Positions 1-9,853 of a DNA stretch of 64,000 bases are shown here, one piece after another. The notes below the pieces were generated by a model. It did not search any database and had not been told where the DNA came from. It saw only the letters and a program-made list of their open reading frames with translations. Position numbers and translations under genes: made by a program. The stretch lies in contig CAWJTV010000031.1 of NCBI GenBank assembly GCA_963845755.1, forward strand, positions 64,001-128,000, given 5' to 3'. The DNA is from an uncultured Planctomycetota bacterium. Lineage in GTDB: Bacteria; Planctomycetota; Planctomycetia; Isosphaerales; Isosphaeraceae. The number at the start of each line of letters is the position of its first letter. The first letter of the stretch is position 1.

Positions 1-1411
1 ACCGCTCGGCCTTGACGCCGTACAGCCAGACCACGAAGACCGTGAGCAGCAGGAGGGCCGAGGCGAAGAGGTTCCCGTAGAAGAGGTGACTCCGCAGGCC
101 GCTGTCGATGAGGTGGCCGAATAGCCAGGGGGCCAGCGTTCCACCGATGAGCGTGCCCACGGCGTAGAACAGCGCGATCACCATGCCGCGAAGCTCGATC
201 GGGAAGATTTCGCTGACGGTTAAGTAGGCCGAGCTTGCGGCCGAAGAGGCGAAGAAGAAGACGCAAGCCCAGAGCGCCGTCTGGGTCGTGGGAGTGAGTC
301 AACCTGCCACGAAGAGGTAGCCGGTCAGTGCCAGCAGCACCGCGGAGATCGTGTAGGTTCCGCCGATCATCGGCCTGCGTCCGATCGTGTCGAAGAACCG
401 CCCCAGGAGCAAGGGTCCCAGGAAATTGCTGAGCGTGAACGGGAGCAGGTAGAGGCCGGTGCGATCGGGCAAGACCCCATAGAAGTTGCTGAGCACCAGC
501 GGAAAGGTGAAGTACAGGCCGTTATAAAGGAACGCTTGCGAGACGATCAGCGCCAGGCCCAGTACCGTGCGCGTGGGATAGGTTCGCAGCATGACCGCTG
601 CGAGCTCGCCGAAGCCGACCGGACCGCGGGGACGGATGGTGATCGAACCCTGCGGCGGCGGGAGCTTCTTGGCCCCAGGTGTACTCTCGATGGCTTCCTC
701 GATCTCCGAGACGACCCGCTCGGCCTCTTCGGACTGGCCGTGCGTTAGCAGCCACCGGGGACTCTCCGGGACATAATGGCGAAGGAAGACGATCGTCAGT
801 CCCAGGACCGCTCCGATGCCGAATCCCAGCCGCCAGCCGAGATCCGGCCGGAATATGGACGGATTGAGAAGAAGTACACTCGCGAAGGAACCGGCCGCCG
901 CTCCCACCCAGAAGGTCCCGTTGATCGCTAGGTCAGCTTGACCCCTGAGCCTGCTGGGGATCAGTTCGTCGATGGCCGAGTTGATCGCCGAGTATTCCCC
1001 GCCGATCGCCGCTCCTGTCAAGAAACGGAACAATGCAAAGCTCGCGAAGTTCCACGAGAGGGCGGTCAAGAAGGCCGACACCAGGTACAGAACCAACGTC
1101 ACCGAGAAGAGTTTTTTCCGTCCGAGTCGGTCGGTCAGGTAGCCGAATACCAGCGCCCCAAGCACGGCCCCCGATAGGTAGGCCGAATTCAACAGGCCGA
1201 GCTGTGACCCGCTCAAGTGCAGACTTTGCGGCTCCTGCAGTATCGCACTGAACGAGGCGATCATCGTGACCTCGAGGCCATCGATGATCCAGGTAATCCC
1301 CAACGCGCTGACCACCATGACGTGCCAACGGCTCCACGGCAGGCGATCCAGCCGAGCGGGGACGTTCGATCGAAAGGTCTGCTTCTTCTCGATGCCGACG
1401 GCCGTGCTCAT
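1..1411 (-). CDS. MFS transporter (sugar porter/aromatic acid-like), 3' end beyond window; in-frame TGA at 299-301
   Basis: Motifs RLDRLPWSRWH, GYLTDRLGRK, GGEYSA, PESPRWL and many TM helices. ATG at 1411 has GAGGT upstream. The same frame continues past TGA 299-301 as LTPTTQTALWACVFFFASSAASSAYLTVSEIFP, which is typical MFS C-terminal sequence. Confidence 0.85.
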
Positions 1412-1634
1412 GCTCGACCTCATCTCCGATGACGGGGCGCATCATCTGTGCCCGATTCAACCGGCCCAATGCTCCAGTGCTCGCTCTCGAAAGAATGCAA
1501 AGGCTGTTCCGGCAAGGGATCTCGAGTTGGCGAGCGAACCCGCCGGTGCGTACCCGATCGAGTTCGAGCCATGGACAGGAAACTGGAGCAGTTTGGCACA
1601 CCAGTTGCAATGAATCCGCGTCGGAGGTGAGACC

Positions 1635-1820
1635 ATGAAAACCAAGTCCGAATTCCTGGTGACGCTCTCGGATGAGTTGCTCGAGTGCCTTCGGGCAAGA
1701 GCGCGAGAGTTGCATGTCCCCTTGAAGTATCTCGTGGCCAGCTTGGTCTGCGATACGATCGAGCCAGTAACGATCGGCCTGGACGAACGGAGGTCGCGGC
1801 CAACCTACGATATCGCGTGA
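1635..1820 (+). CDS. small hypothetical protein, possibly ribbon-helix-helix DNA-binding
   Basis: 61 aa with a strong GGAGGT RBS. The pattern FLVTLSDELLECLRARARELHVPLKYLV fits a strand-helix-helix layout. Confidence 0.5.
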   Translation: MKTKSEFLVTLSDELLECLRARARELHVPLKYLVASLVCDTIEPVTIGLDERRSRPTYDIA

Positions 1821-1907
1821 GCAATACGCTGCCTTCGCGGTGAGCCGCGTCGGCAAGGCTTTTTGTCGTTTCTTCATGTGAATCGATTCAACCTAAGAGC
1901 CGGACCC

Positions 1908-2168
1908 ATGAAACAACCCAACGTCTCTGTCTACGGATCTCGCAACTGCCCTGACACGACTCGCGCCCTGAGGCTCCTCGAGAACCAGCAGATTGCGTAC
2001 GAGTTCAAAGATCTCGACGAGTCCCCCGAGCTGAATGGCTATGTCGCCGATTTGAATGGTGGCAAACGCGTGATGCCGACTATTCAGATCGATAACGCGA
2101 TCTTGATCAATCCCGATGATCGCGAGCTGAATTCCGTACTCCAGCAAGCGGCCGCCGAGCGGCCGTAG
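1908..2168 (+). CDS. glutaredoxin/mycoredoxin-like protein (CxxT)
   Basis: VYGSRNCPDT active-site region and cis-Pro motif RVMPTIQI; 86 aa. Confidence 0.8.
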   Translation: MKQPNVSVYGSRNCPDTTRALRLLENQQIAYEFKDLDESPELNGYVADLNGGKRVMPTIQIDNAILINPDDRELNSVLQQAAAERP

Positions 2169-2685
2169 AAGGCGCTTTCCGCGTACTCGACACGCCTTCC
2201 CGCGATCGGTCTCGTCTCGCAGGACTTGGGACAGACCGTCAGGGGAAAGGCGTTTCAGTCCCCATCTCGCCTTGTCTCCTCTCGACGATCATGTTCGTGA
2301 CTCATATCGGGCCTCTCGACGCATCCGTCCCGGTCCTCAGTCAAGAAACCTACCCAAGCATGGGATGATGCACAAAACCCCTTCGCGCCGTTTGATGGCG
2401 TATCCTGCACTTCACGGCTCGTTTCCGATCGGAGAGAATCACCCAAGGTTCTCCTGGCCTGTTCTGACCGCACGACGATTCCGTTGCGCCTTCGGCGACT
2501 CCGAGGACGCTGCGGTTTGAATTGAGCAGGCAAGTGGACATCTGACCGCGACGTCAAAATAAAATCATTGTCACGAGCGAAGATCCCAGCGACTTGCTGA
2601 ATACCGTGCCCGTTCAACAACCGGCGGATCGGGATCCTCGGGTGACCATCGCCCAGCCATTGGACCTGCAACGGGAGCTCTCGTC

Positions 2686-4350
2686 GTGTCTGAAGGTCTC
2701 AAGCGCGTCTACGGGATCGACCTGGGAACCACCTATTCCGCGATTGCGTATGTGGACGAGCACGGGAAGCCCGTCATCATTCCGAACCAGGAGAGCGAGC
2801 GGATCACACCATCCGTCGTCCTCTTTGATGGCGACAACATCATCGTAGGAAACACCGCCAAGGAGTCGGCGAAGGTCGAGCCACACCGCGTTGTGGCGCG
2901 GATCAAGCAGCACATGGGTGATCCCAACTTCGTATTCGAATACGAGGGCCAGGCGTTCAGCCCCGAGGACATCTCATCGTTTATCTTGCGCAAGGTGGTG
3001 GGCGACGCCGAGATCGCCCTGGGAGACAAGATCAGCGATGTCGTGATCACGTGCCCGGCCTACTTCGGCACGCCCGAACGTGAGGCGACCGCCAATTCCG
3101 GCCGCCTGGCTGGCCTGAATGTCCGCGCCATCTTGAACGAACCGACCGCCGCTGCCATCGCCTATGGACTCGAGCAGGGTGAAGATCAGGTCGTGCTGGT
3201 CTACGACCTGGGTGGCGGCACCTTCGACATCACCATGATCGAGATCAAGGACCGCCTGATCCGGGTGATCTGCACCGGGGGAGACCATCGTCTGGGCGGC
3301 GTTTTGTGGGATGAGGCAATCGTGATGTACCTCGCCGAGCAGTTCCGGACGCAGACCGGTGAATCGTCGGACCCGCTGGACGATCCCGAGGTCCTCAACG
3401 ACCTGTTCCTCCAGGCGGAGCGCGGCAAGAAGACGCTCACCCAGCGCGAGAAGGCGCCATTCCGCGTGACGCACGCCGGCAACCAGGCCCGGGTCGAGCT
3501 CGACCGGGACAAGTTCGAGGAGATCACCAAGCACTTGCTCGACCGGACCATCGAGCTGACGCATGAGATGCTGGCCGATGCCCGGGGCAAGGGCTATACC
3601 CAGTACGACAAGATCATCCTGGTCGGCGGGGCAACCCGCATGCCGCAGGTTCGAGATCGACTGGTCGCCGAACTCAACCTTGAGCCGGAGATCTACGACC
3701 CCGATGAGGCCGTTGCCAAGGGCGCGGCGCTTTATGCGCTCAAGGAGTCGCTCCTGGAACAGGTCCAGGACGTCCTCGCGACACGTGCCGAAGCGGATGG
3801 TCAGAAGGCCGGGCCGGTCGATCTGGCGCAAGTCTCCGAGGAACAAGTCGCCGAGGCATTGGATCACCTCGAGAAAGAGCTTGGCTTTACCTTGACCGGT
3901 CCGGTCCGCGAACTGGTCAATACCCAGATCGTGAACGTCCTGAGTAAGAGCCTGGGCGTGGTGGCCCGCGATACCCAGAGCCAGGACGTAGTCGTCTATC
4001 TCCTGCCTCGCAATTCCGAGGTGCCCCTGGAGCGCATGACCGACTTTGGCACGGATGCCGACAATCAAGGGGCCGTCGACATTCGCGTGATGTCGGGAGA
4101 ACGCGACAGCGCCGACCCGCTCGATTGTCAGGAGGTGGGGATCGCCACGCTCAACCTGCCGGAGCGGCTTCCGGCCCGCAGCCCGATCCGGGTCAAGTTC
4201 GCGATCAATCGGGATGGAAGGCTCGGCGTCTCGGCCACCGACTTGACCGGCGGCGGCTCGATCGACGTCGAGTTTGAGACCGAGGCCGTCATGAACGCCG
4301 AGGAAGTCGCCGAACGCTCCACGGCGCTGCGGTTGCTCAATGTATCGTGA
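2686..4350 (+). CDS. Hsp70-family ATPase (DnaK paralogue, no helical lid)
   Basis: Motifs GIDLGTT, TCPAYF, NEPTAAA, YDLGGGTFD and LVGGATRMP, then an SBD-beta sandwich. The protein ends about 25 aa later (554 aa). Confidence 0.95.
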   Translation: MSEGLKRVYGIDLGTTYSAIAYVDEHGKPVIIPNQESERITPSVVLFDGDNIIVGNTAKESAKVEPHRVVARIKQHMGDPNFVFEYEGQAFSPEDISSFILRKVVGDAEIALGDKISDVVITCPAYFGTPEREATANSGRLAGLNVRAILNEPTAAAIAYGLEQGEDQVVLVYDLGGGTFDITMIEIKDRLIRVICTGGDHRLGGVLWDEAIVMYLAEQFRTQTGESSDPLDDPEVLNDLFLQAERGKKTLTQREKAPFRVTHAGNQARVELDRDKFEEITKHLLDRTIELTHEMLADARGKGYTQYDKIILVGGATRMPQVRDRLVAELNLEPEIYDPDEAVAKGAALYALKESLLEQVQDVLATRAEADGQKAGPVDLAQVSEEQVAEALDHLEKELGFTLTGPVRELVNTQIVNVLSKSLGVVARDTQSQDVVVYLLPRNSEVPLERMTDFGTDADNQGAVDIRVMSGERDSADPLDCQEVGIATLNLPERLPARSPIRVKFAINRDGRLGVSATDLTGGGSIDVEFETEAVMNAEEVAERSTALRLLNVS

Positions 4351-4399
4351 ACGTGGCAGAATGTTAGGGTTCTGCCAACCTCGAGATTGGGGCTGTTCC

Positions 4400-4768
4400 A
4401 TGCAAACCACCGCGACCGAGGTCTTGCCCGAGATCGTGCGACGGCTCGTGGCCGAGTTCGACCCGGAGGAGATCATCCTGTTCGGGTCGCGCGCCTGGGG
4501 AAACCCGCGGCTGGATAGCGATGATGACGTCTGGGTGTTCGTCTCGGACGCGCATGAGAAGCCGACGCGGCGCGCGACACGGGGCTAACGTTGCTTGCGA
4601 GGGATTCCCGTGCCCACGGATTTGATCGTGAGTACCCGAGCGGAGTTTGAGCGATTCAGCCGCGTGCCTGCCTCACTTCAAGCGGAGGTTGTCGAGCGAG
4701 GAAGGGTCTTATATGGACGAGGCGAAGCGCGAGTTGGTTCAGGGCTGGCTTCTCAAGGCGTCGGATGA
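4400..4768 (+). pseudogene. MNT (minimal nucleotidyltransferase) antitoxin, internal TAA at 4586-4588
   Basis: ILFGSRAWG...DSDDDV motif. The frame continues past TAA as RCLRGIPVPTDLIVST...ERGRVLYG. Confidence 0.8.
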
Positions 4769-5131
4769 TCTCGGGGCAGCTCGACTGATTACTCAGAACG
4801 ATCGATCCTTCCCTGGAGTGACCATCTATCATTGCCAACAGGCCGCGGAAAAAGCGCTGAAGGGCTTTCTGGTCTAGTGGGACCAGCATTTGCTGAAGAC
4901 CCACAACCTGGTGTCGCTTCTCCAGCAGGTTGCGGAGATTGAACCCGAGTTCCTCATGTGGGAAGAGGCTGCGGCTCGACTGACGCCGTATGCCACGTAG
5001 TATCGCTACCCCGCGGACACGCTCGCCGGACCGGACCCGAGGAAGTGGATGAGGCGCTGGATGATGCCGCCTTCATCCATAACCAGGCGCTTGGCTTTCT
5101 TCCGACGGAAGTACACCCCGATTCCGACTGA
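4713..5131 (+). pseudogene. HEPN-domain protein, two internal TAG (4875-4877, 4998-5000) and a frameshift near 5037
   Basis: Motifs WLLKASDDL, YHCQQAAEKALKGFL, KTHNL and LTPYA.YRYP. It overlaps the MNT gene as in MNT-HEPN pairs. Confidence 0.8.
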
Positions 5132-5238
5132 AGCCGGAGAGAACGAGTCATGACTATAGTCACCGAAATCTCGAGGATGCCGCTCGATGCCGAGCATCGA
5201 TTGAGGATCCGGGAAATCTGCTGAGGGGATTGGATCTG

Positions 5239-7341
5239 ATGGCCACCTTCGTCGGCATCGACCTGGGAACGACGAACTCGGCGGTGGCCTGCCGCAATGC
5301 CTACGGCCGGCCCGAGGTGATCGCCAACCGCGAAGGGCAGAGCATCACGCCGTCGGTCGTCTATTTCGGGACCGATCCACCCGTCGTCGGCCAGGAGGCC
5401 AAGGAGTGGGCTCGTCTGGGCAACGAGGAGATCGCCAGCTTCTTCAAGCCCCACATGGGCAATCCGCTGTTTCAACTCCAGTTCCATGGGAAGTCGTACT
5501 CCGCTACCGCTCTGTCGACGATGGTCCTGAGCCGGCTCAAGGAAGACGCCGAGTCCCGCCTGGGTGAATCAGTCGATCGGGCCGTGATCACGGTTCCGGC
5601 TTACTTCGCCGATCCACAGCGCAAGGCCACCATCGAGGCGGGCACCGCGGCCGGGCTCCAGGTGATGCGGATCATCAATGAGCCGACAGCCGCCGCGCTG
5701 GCCTATGGGCTCCAGCGGAGCGGTGTCGAGGAGACGATACTCATCTACGACCTGGGCGGCGGCACGTTCGACGTGACCGTCGCGCGGATCACACCCGCCG
5801 AGATCCTGATCCTGTCCACGGCCGGGGATCACGATCTAGGCGGCAAGAACTGGGACGATCGGATCGCGACGTCCCTTTCCGAACGGTTCGCGGCCGAGAC
5901 CGGATTCGATCCGCTCGACGATCCCGTCGCTCTCAACGAGGTCCTGGTCCGGAGCGAGCAAGCCAAGTGGTCCTTGTCCGAGCGGATCTCGACGCGCGTC
6001 ACCCTTCAGCTTGGCACGGAGCGACGGACGTTCGAGCTGAGTCGCGTCGATTTCGAGGCGATGACGCTCTCGCTCATGGAACGGACGCGGCGCTTGACCG
6101 AGGAAGCCCTGGGTGAAGCCGGCCTCAGTTGGGAACGGCTCGATGGTGTGCTCTTGGTCGGCGGCTCGACGCGGATGCCGATGGTCCGCACTTACGTGTC
6201 CCAGATGTCCGGGAAGCCGCCGCGCGCCGGAGTGAATGTCGACGAGGTCGTCGCGCTGGGTGCGGCCATCCAGGCGGCGATCGAGGTGGGTCAGAGCATC
6301 GGAGACGCCGTCCCTCGATTCACACTTGGAACGACTGGCCCAAGAACGGTCGAGGCTAACCTCCAGACGGGCGGGCGGCGTGTGACCGATGTCATGTCGC
6401 ACAGCCTCGGGACGATCGCCGTCAGCCCCGATGGCTCAGCCTATGTCAATGACCTCGTGATTCGGCGCAACGTGCCGATCCCGGCCAGCGACACCAAGTC
6501 GTATCTCCACGAGACCCACGGAGGTGCCAATGCTCGGCTCGAGGTCTACCTGACACAAGGCGAAAGCGCCGAGCCGCTCGACTGCACGGTCCTGGGCAAA
6601 TACGTATTCGAGGAAATCCAGCCGACCAGCTCGGAGGTCACGATCGACGTCAGCCTATCCTACGACTCCAACGGCGTCGTGCAGGTCCAGGCCGTTCAAC
6701 GAGATACGGCACGCCGGCTGCCGATGAACGTGGAGCCGGTGCCCGACGATTTGTCTTGGCTCGGCCGACCGCCCGAACGGACGGTGAAAGCCGCGGAGCC
6801 AGAGCTGATCCGGGTCTTTCTCCTCATCGACGGCTCGTCGAGCATGACCGGCCAGCCGCTGGCCGAGGCGCAGACGGCCGCGCGTGAGTTCTTGTCGAGG
6901 TGCGACTTCACCACCATGGAAGTGGGACTGATCTCCTTCTCGACCCTGGTCGCGCTTCAGGCCGCGGCGACCAGCAACGTGAGGCGGCTTCATGCCGCTG
7001 TCCATCGACTCGAGGCCGAGGGGAGCACGAACCTGACCGATGCCCTGGAGATGGTGCGGGGCCAGCTCGTGAGCAACGATCGCAAGCGCTACATCATCAT
7101 CTTGACCGACGGGTATCCCGACGCGCCGGAAAGCGCGATCGAACAGGCCATCGCCGCGCGTCGCGATGGGATCGAGATCGTGGCGATCGGCACCGGCGAC
7201 GCTGATCGCGATTACCTGCGGCGCCTGGCCAGCAGCGAGCAGGCCTCGATCTTCGCCCGGAGCGGGGAGCTAGTCCAGACGTTCGGACATATCGCCCGGG
7301 TCATCGCCGAGGGAGGCCGCGGCTTGCGGGTCTTGTCATGA
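5239..7341 (+). CDS. Hsp70-family ATPase fused to a C-terminal VWA domain
   Basis: Complete NBD motifs (GIDLGTT, TVPAYF, NEPTAAA, DLGGGTFD, LVGGSTRMP), then SBD-beta, then a VWA with intact MIDAS (IDGSSSM, GSTNL, LTDG). Confidence 0.93.
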   Translation: MATFVGIDLGTTNSAVACRNAYGRPEVIANREGQSITPSVVYFGTDPPVVGQEAKEWARLGNEEIASFFKPHMGNPLFQLQFHGKSYSATALSTMVLSRLKEDAESRLGESVDRAVITVPAYFADPQRKATIEAGTAAGLQVMRIINEPTAAALAYGLQRSGVEETILIYDLGGGTFDVTVARITPAEILILSTAGDHDLGGKNWDDRIATSLSERFAAETGFDPLDDPVALNEVLVRSEQAKWSLSERISTRVTLQLGTERRTFELSRVDFEAMTLSLMERTRRLTEEALGEAGLSWERLDGVLLVGGSTRMPMVRTYVSQMSGKPPRAGVNVDEVVALGAAIQAAIEVGQSIGDAVPRFTLGTTGPRTVEANLQTGGRRVTDVMSHSLGTIAVSPDGSAYVNDLVIRRNVPIPASDTKSYLHETHGGANARLEVYLTQGESAEPLDCTVLGKYVFEEIQPTSSEVTIDVSLSYDSNGVVQVQAVQRDTARRLPMNVEPVPDDLSWLGRPPERTVKAAEPELIRVFLLIDGSSSMTGQPLAEAQTAAREFLSRCDFTTMEVGLISFSTLVALQAAATSNVRRLHAAVHRLEAEGSTNLTDALEMVRGQLVSNDRKRYIIILTDGYPDAPESAIEQAIAARRDGIEIVAIGTGDADRDYLRRLASSEQASIFARSGELVQTFGHIARVIAEGGRGLRVLS

Positions 7342-8264
7342 ATTCGGTCAGCACGTCCGGTCCAGGGGCGACCACATTGTCCTCCCGGGTTCGCTCAGTG
7401 CGGGCGAACCTTCGGCAAGCCTATGATCTGGCGGTGACCGGCGGCCTGGGGGCGCTGTTCGGACTGTACCTCTACGTCGAACTGGTCCAGGCCGAATCCG
7501 TCTATGTGCGCGACGCCTTGGCGGGGCTCTTGATCGGGGGCTCGCTAGGTTTCTTCCTGAATGCTTACGGTCCGCTTCGCGACGGGGCCTGGAAAAAGCT
7601 AGCCCATGCCGTTGCCTGGGGTGCACCGGCCGCGGCCCTGGGTGGTGCGATCGGATTGGTCGCCGGGGAGTTGATCATTGGTCTACTGCGAGGCGGCCTG
7701 CTGGGGCGAGCTCTCTCATGGGCCGTGCTGGGCCTGGGGATCGGGTTGGGTCAGGGCCTGGCCGACCGGTCACGCGACAGGCTGATCTACGGGCTGGTCG
7801 GTGGCGGCCTCGGGGGCGTCCTGGGCGGATTCTTCTTCGAGTTGCTCGGCTCCGCGGTGCGGAATCGACCCGATGCGAGTGGCGCTGTGGGCGTCATCCA
7901 GGCGATCGGGATTGTCATCCTGGGCGCCGGCCTGGGCCTCTGTCTGGCCCTGGTCGAGCAGGTCCTGCGTCGCGCGTGGATTCAGGTCACGAACGGCCGC
8001 CAGGAAGGGCGGATCTATCTCCTGGCCCATCCGCGATGCCGTCTGGGCCTGGATGAACGCGCCGAGATCGGGATCTTCGGTGATGCTTCAGTCGCACGCC
8101 GTCATGCCGAGATCGAAGCAACCTCGCGCGGCTATCTCCTCCACCACCTCGCGGCGCCGGGGGCGACTCGGGTCAACGGAACACCAGTCGCGAGTCCGCA
8201 GGTCTTGAATGACGGCGATCGGATCGAACTGGGACGCATCCTCCTGATCTTCCGGCAGCGTTAG
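7338..8264 (+). CDS. multi-TM Gly-rich membrane protein with C-terminal FHA domain
   Basis: ATGA overlap with the upstream gene; about 6-7 hydrophobic helices; FHA-like C-terminus (RRHAEI, TRVNG, LNDGDRIELG). Confidence 0.85.
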   Translation: MNSVSTSGPGATTLSSRVRSVRANLRQAYDLAVTGGLGALFGLYLYVELVQAESVYVRDALAGLLIGGSLGFFLNAYGPLRDGAWKKLAHAVAWGAPAAALGGAIGLVAGELIIGLLRGGLLGRALSWAVLGLGIGLGQGLADRSRDRLIYGLVGGGLGGVLGGFFFELLGSAVRNRPDASGAVGVIQAIGIVILGAGLGLCLALVEQVLRRAWIQVTNGRQEGRIYLLAHPRCRLGLDERAEIGIFGDASVARRHAEIEATSRGYLLHHLAAPGATRVNGTPVASPQVLNDGDRIELGRILLIFRQR

Positions 8265-8301
8265 CCCGGCTTGATCCCCTATCTCCTGTGAGCATTCGTC
8301 C

Positions 8302-9853
8302 ATGACCCAGCACCAGAGAACAACACAACAGAAACCCTGGTCTCTTGAAGTGGTCCGAGGGCGCGACGTGGGTCGTATCTTCAGCCTGGCAGCGGACGAG
8401 ACGGTCCTGGGCAACGGCCTCAACGGCGAACCGGGCCTCGATCTTCAGGGATCAGGAAGGGTCTTCTCCGCGGCGGATGTCGGCGCGTCAGGCGGCGATC
8501 GTGGCATCGGGACCGGAACTTGTGATTCGCGATCTGGATTCGCCCGGCGGCACGTTCGTGAACCATCAACGGCTGCTCCCGGGCCAGGCGCGGAGGTTAC
8601 AGCCTGGCGACGTCATTCAACTGGCGGGTGTCATGCTGCGCGTGGGAGGGCTGCCAACGCCCGCCGCGACGGCTCCGGCGGCTCCCGGGCTCCAGCCGCG
8701 TGTCGCGCCGCCACTGCCGGCATCCCCGTTGAAACCTCCGGTCCATGTGACCCCACCGGCGCCGTCGGCCGCGACGGTTCCTGGCCGACTCCCCGCGCCG
8801 TTCGTGATGGCTGGCGGGGCCTCCTGTCGGGCCTGGGACGATTTCCTTGTTTTGGCCGCCCAACGCTGGAAGGAGCTTCGCGACGAACTTGCCACCGGGC
8901 GACTGACCAACTACCTTCGTCAGATCCATCGGGAGGATCTGATCCCGCACACGGATAATAACCGGTCGCTCGACGAACGGCTCGACCAGTGGCTTGCCCG
9001 CCTGCCTTCGATCCGCGACAGCGATCCCGAGCTGAGCGTCCACCCCGAGAATCTGAATCTTCGGGCCATGGCGGGTGGGGGAATCGTTCGCCAGGTCCTG
9101 CGGGTGACGAATGTCGGCTACCGGCTGTTGCGATGCATCGCCCGAGTCGAGCCGGCGGGCACGGGCTGGATCCGCCTGCGACCCGATCATGACGGACGCT
9201 CATTCGATACCATCGAACAAACGGACCTACCCATCGACCTGGTGATCCCCGAAGGACTGGATCGTCCGCTCGTGGCCGCGATCGTCCTCGACAGCAATGG
9301 CGGCACGCGCCGGGTTGGAGTGCGGATTGATTTGCCGGGGGGACCACCTTCCTCGCCGGAACGTGTCGCGGAACCTCCGGTCTCACCGCTCCCTAGCCTG
9401 AGCCGATTCTTCATCGAGAAGACGGCTCATTTGCGATTCGGAGTCCGAATCGCCGCGGGTGTCTTGGGGACAGTCTGCTTGCGAACGCTTGTGATGCTTT
9501 CAGGTCTGCTACCACCTGGGGGCCGAGGAGCCCTGATCTCGGAGCCGCGCTTGCCGGCGCTGGCGATCGTCATGGCCGTGGTCGGAGGCCTGATCGGCGT
9601 CGGGATGGCACACCGGTTCCGCGAAGGCAACTGGGGCGATCTGCCGGCTTCGGCATTCACGGGAGGTTTGTTTGGGCTGCTGGCCGCCGCGGTCATCTAC
9701 GCCGCGATCCGGAGCGTCGAGCTTCCGCTCGGAAGCTGGACGTCTTCACTCTGGGTGGTCGAACTACTCTGGGCCCTGATCGGCGCCGGTCTCGCGTGTT
9801 TGAGCCACCTGTTCATCCCTTATCATGCGAAATCGCCGGAGGCCGTCTCATGA
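8302..9853 (+). CDS. FHA + Pro-rich linker + helical domain + Ig/BACON-like domain + ~4 C-terminal TM (frameshift ~8446)
   Basis: Joined ORFs 8302.. and 8345..9853. FHA motifs are LEVVRGRDVG, IRDLDSPGGTFVN and LQPGDVIQL. The Ig-like part is LRVTNVGYRLL...IVLDSNGG. Confidence 0.75.

Noticed and set aside
2974..4476. Long antisense ORFs (this one and e.g. 12995..14278, 38998..40290, 51866..53305, 60618..61592)
   Set aside because: Shadow frames of well-supported genes in high-GC DNA; no recognisable motifs.
299..5000. Stop-codon reassignment suggested by in-frame TGA/TAA/TAG
   Set aside because: All three stop types appear, mostly in one decayed cassette, and TGA terminates many intact genes normally.
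2686..7341. Calling either Hsp70 the housekeeping dnaK
   Set aside because: No lid, no DLLLLDV linker, no grpE/dnaJ/hrcA nearby and no CIRCE upstream.
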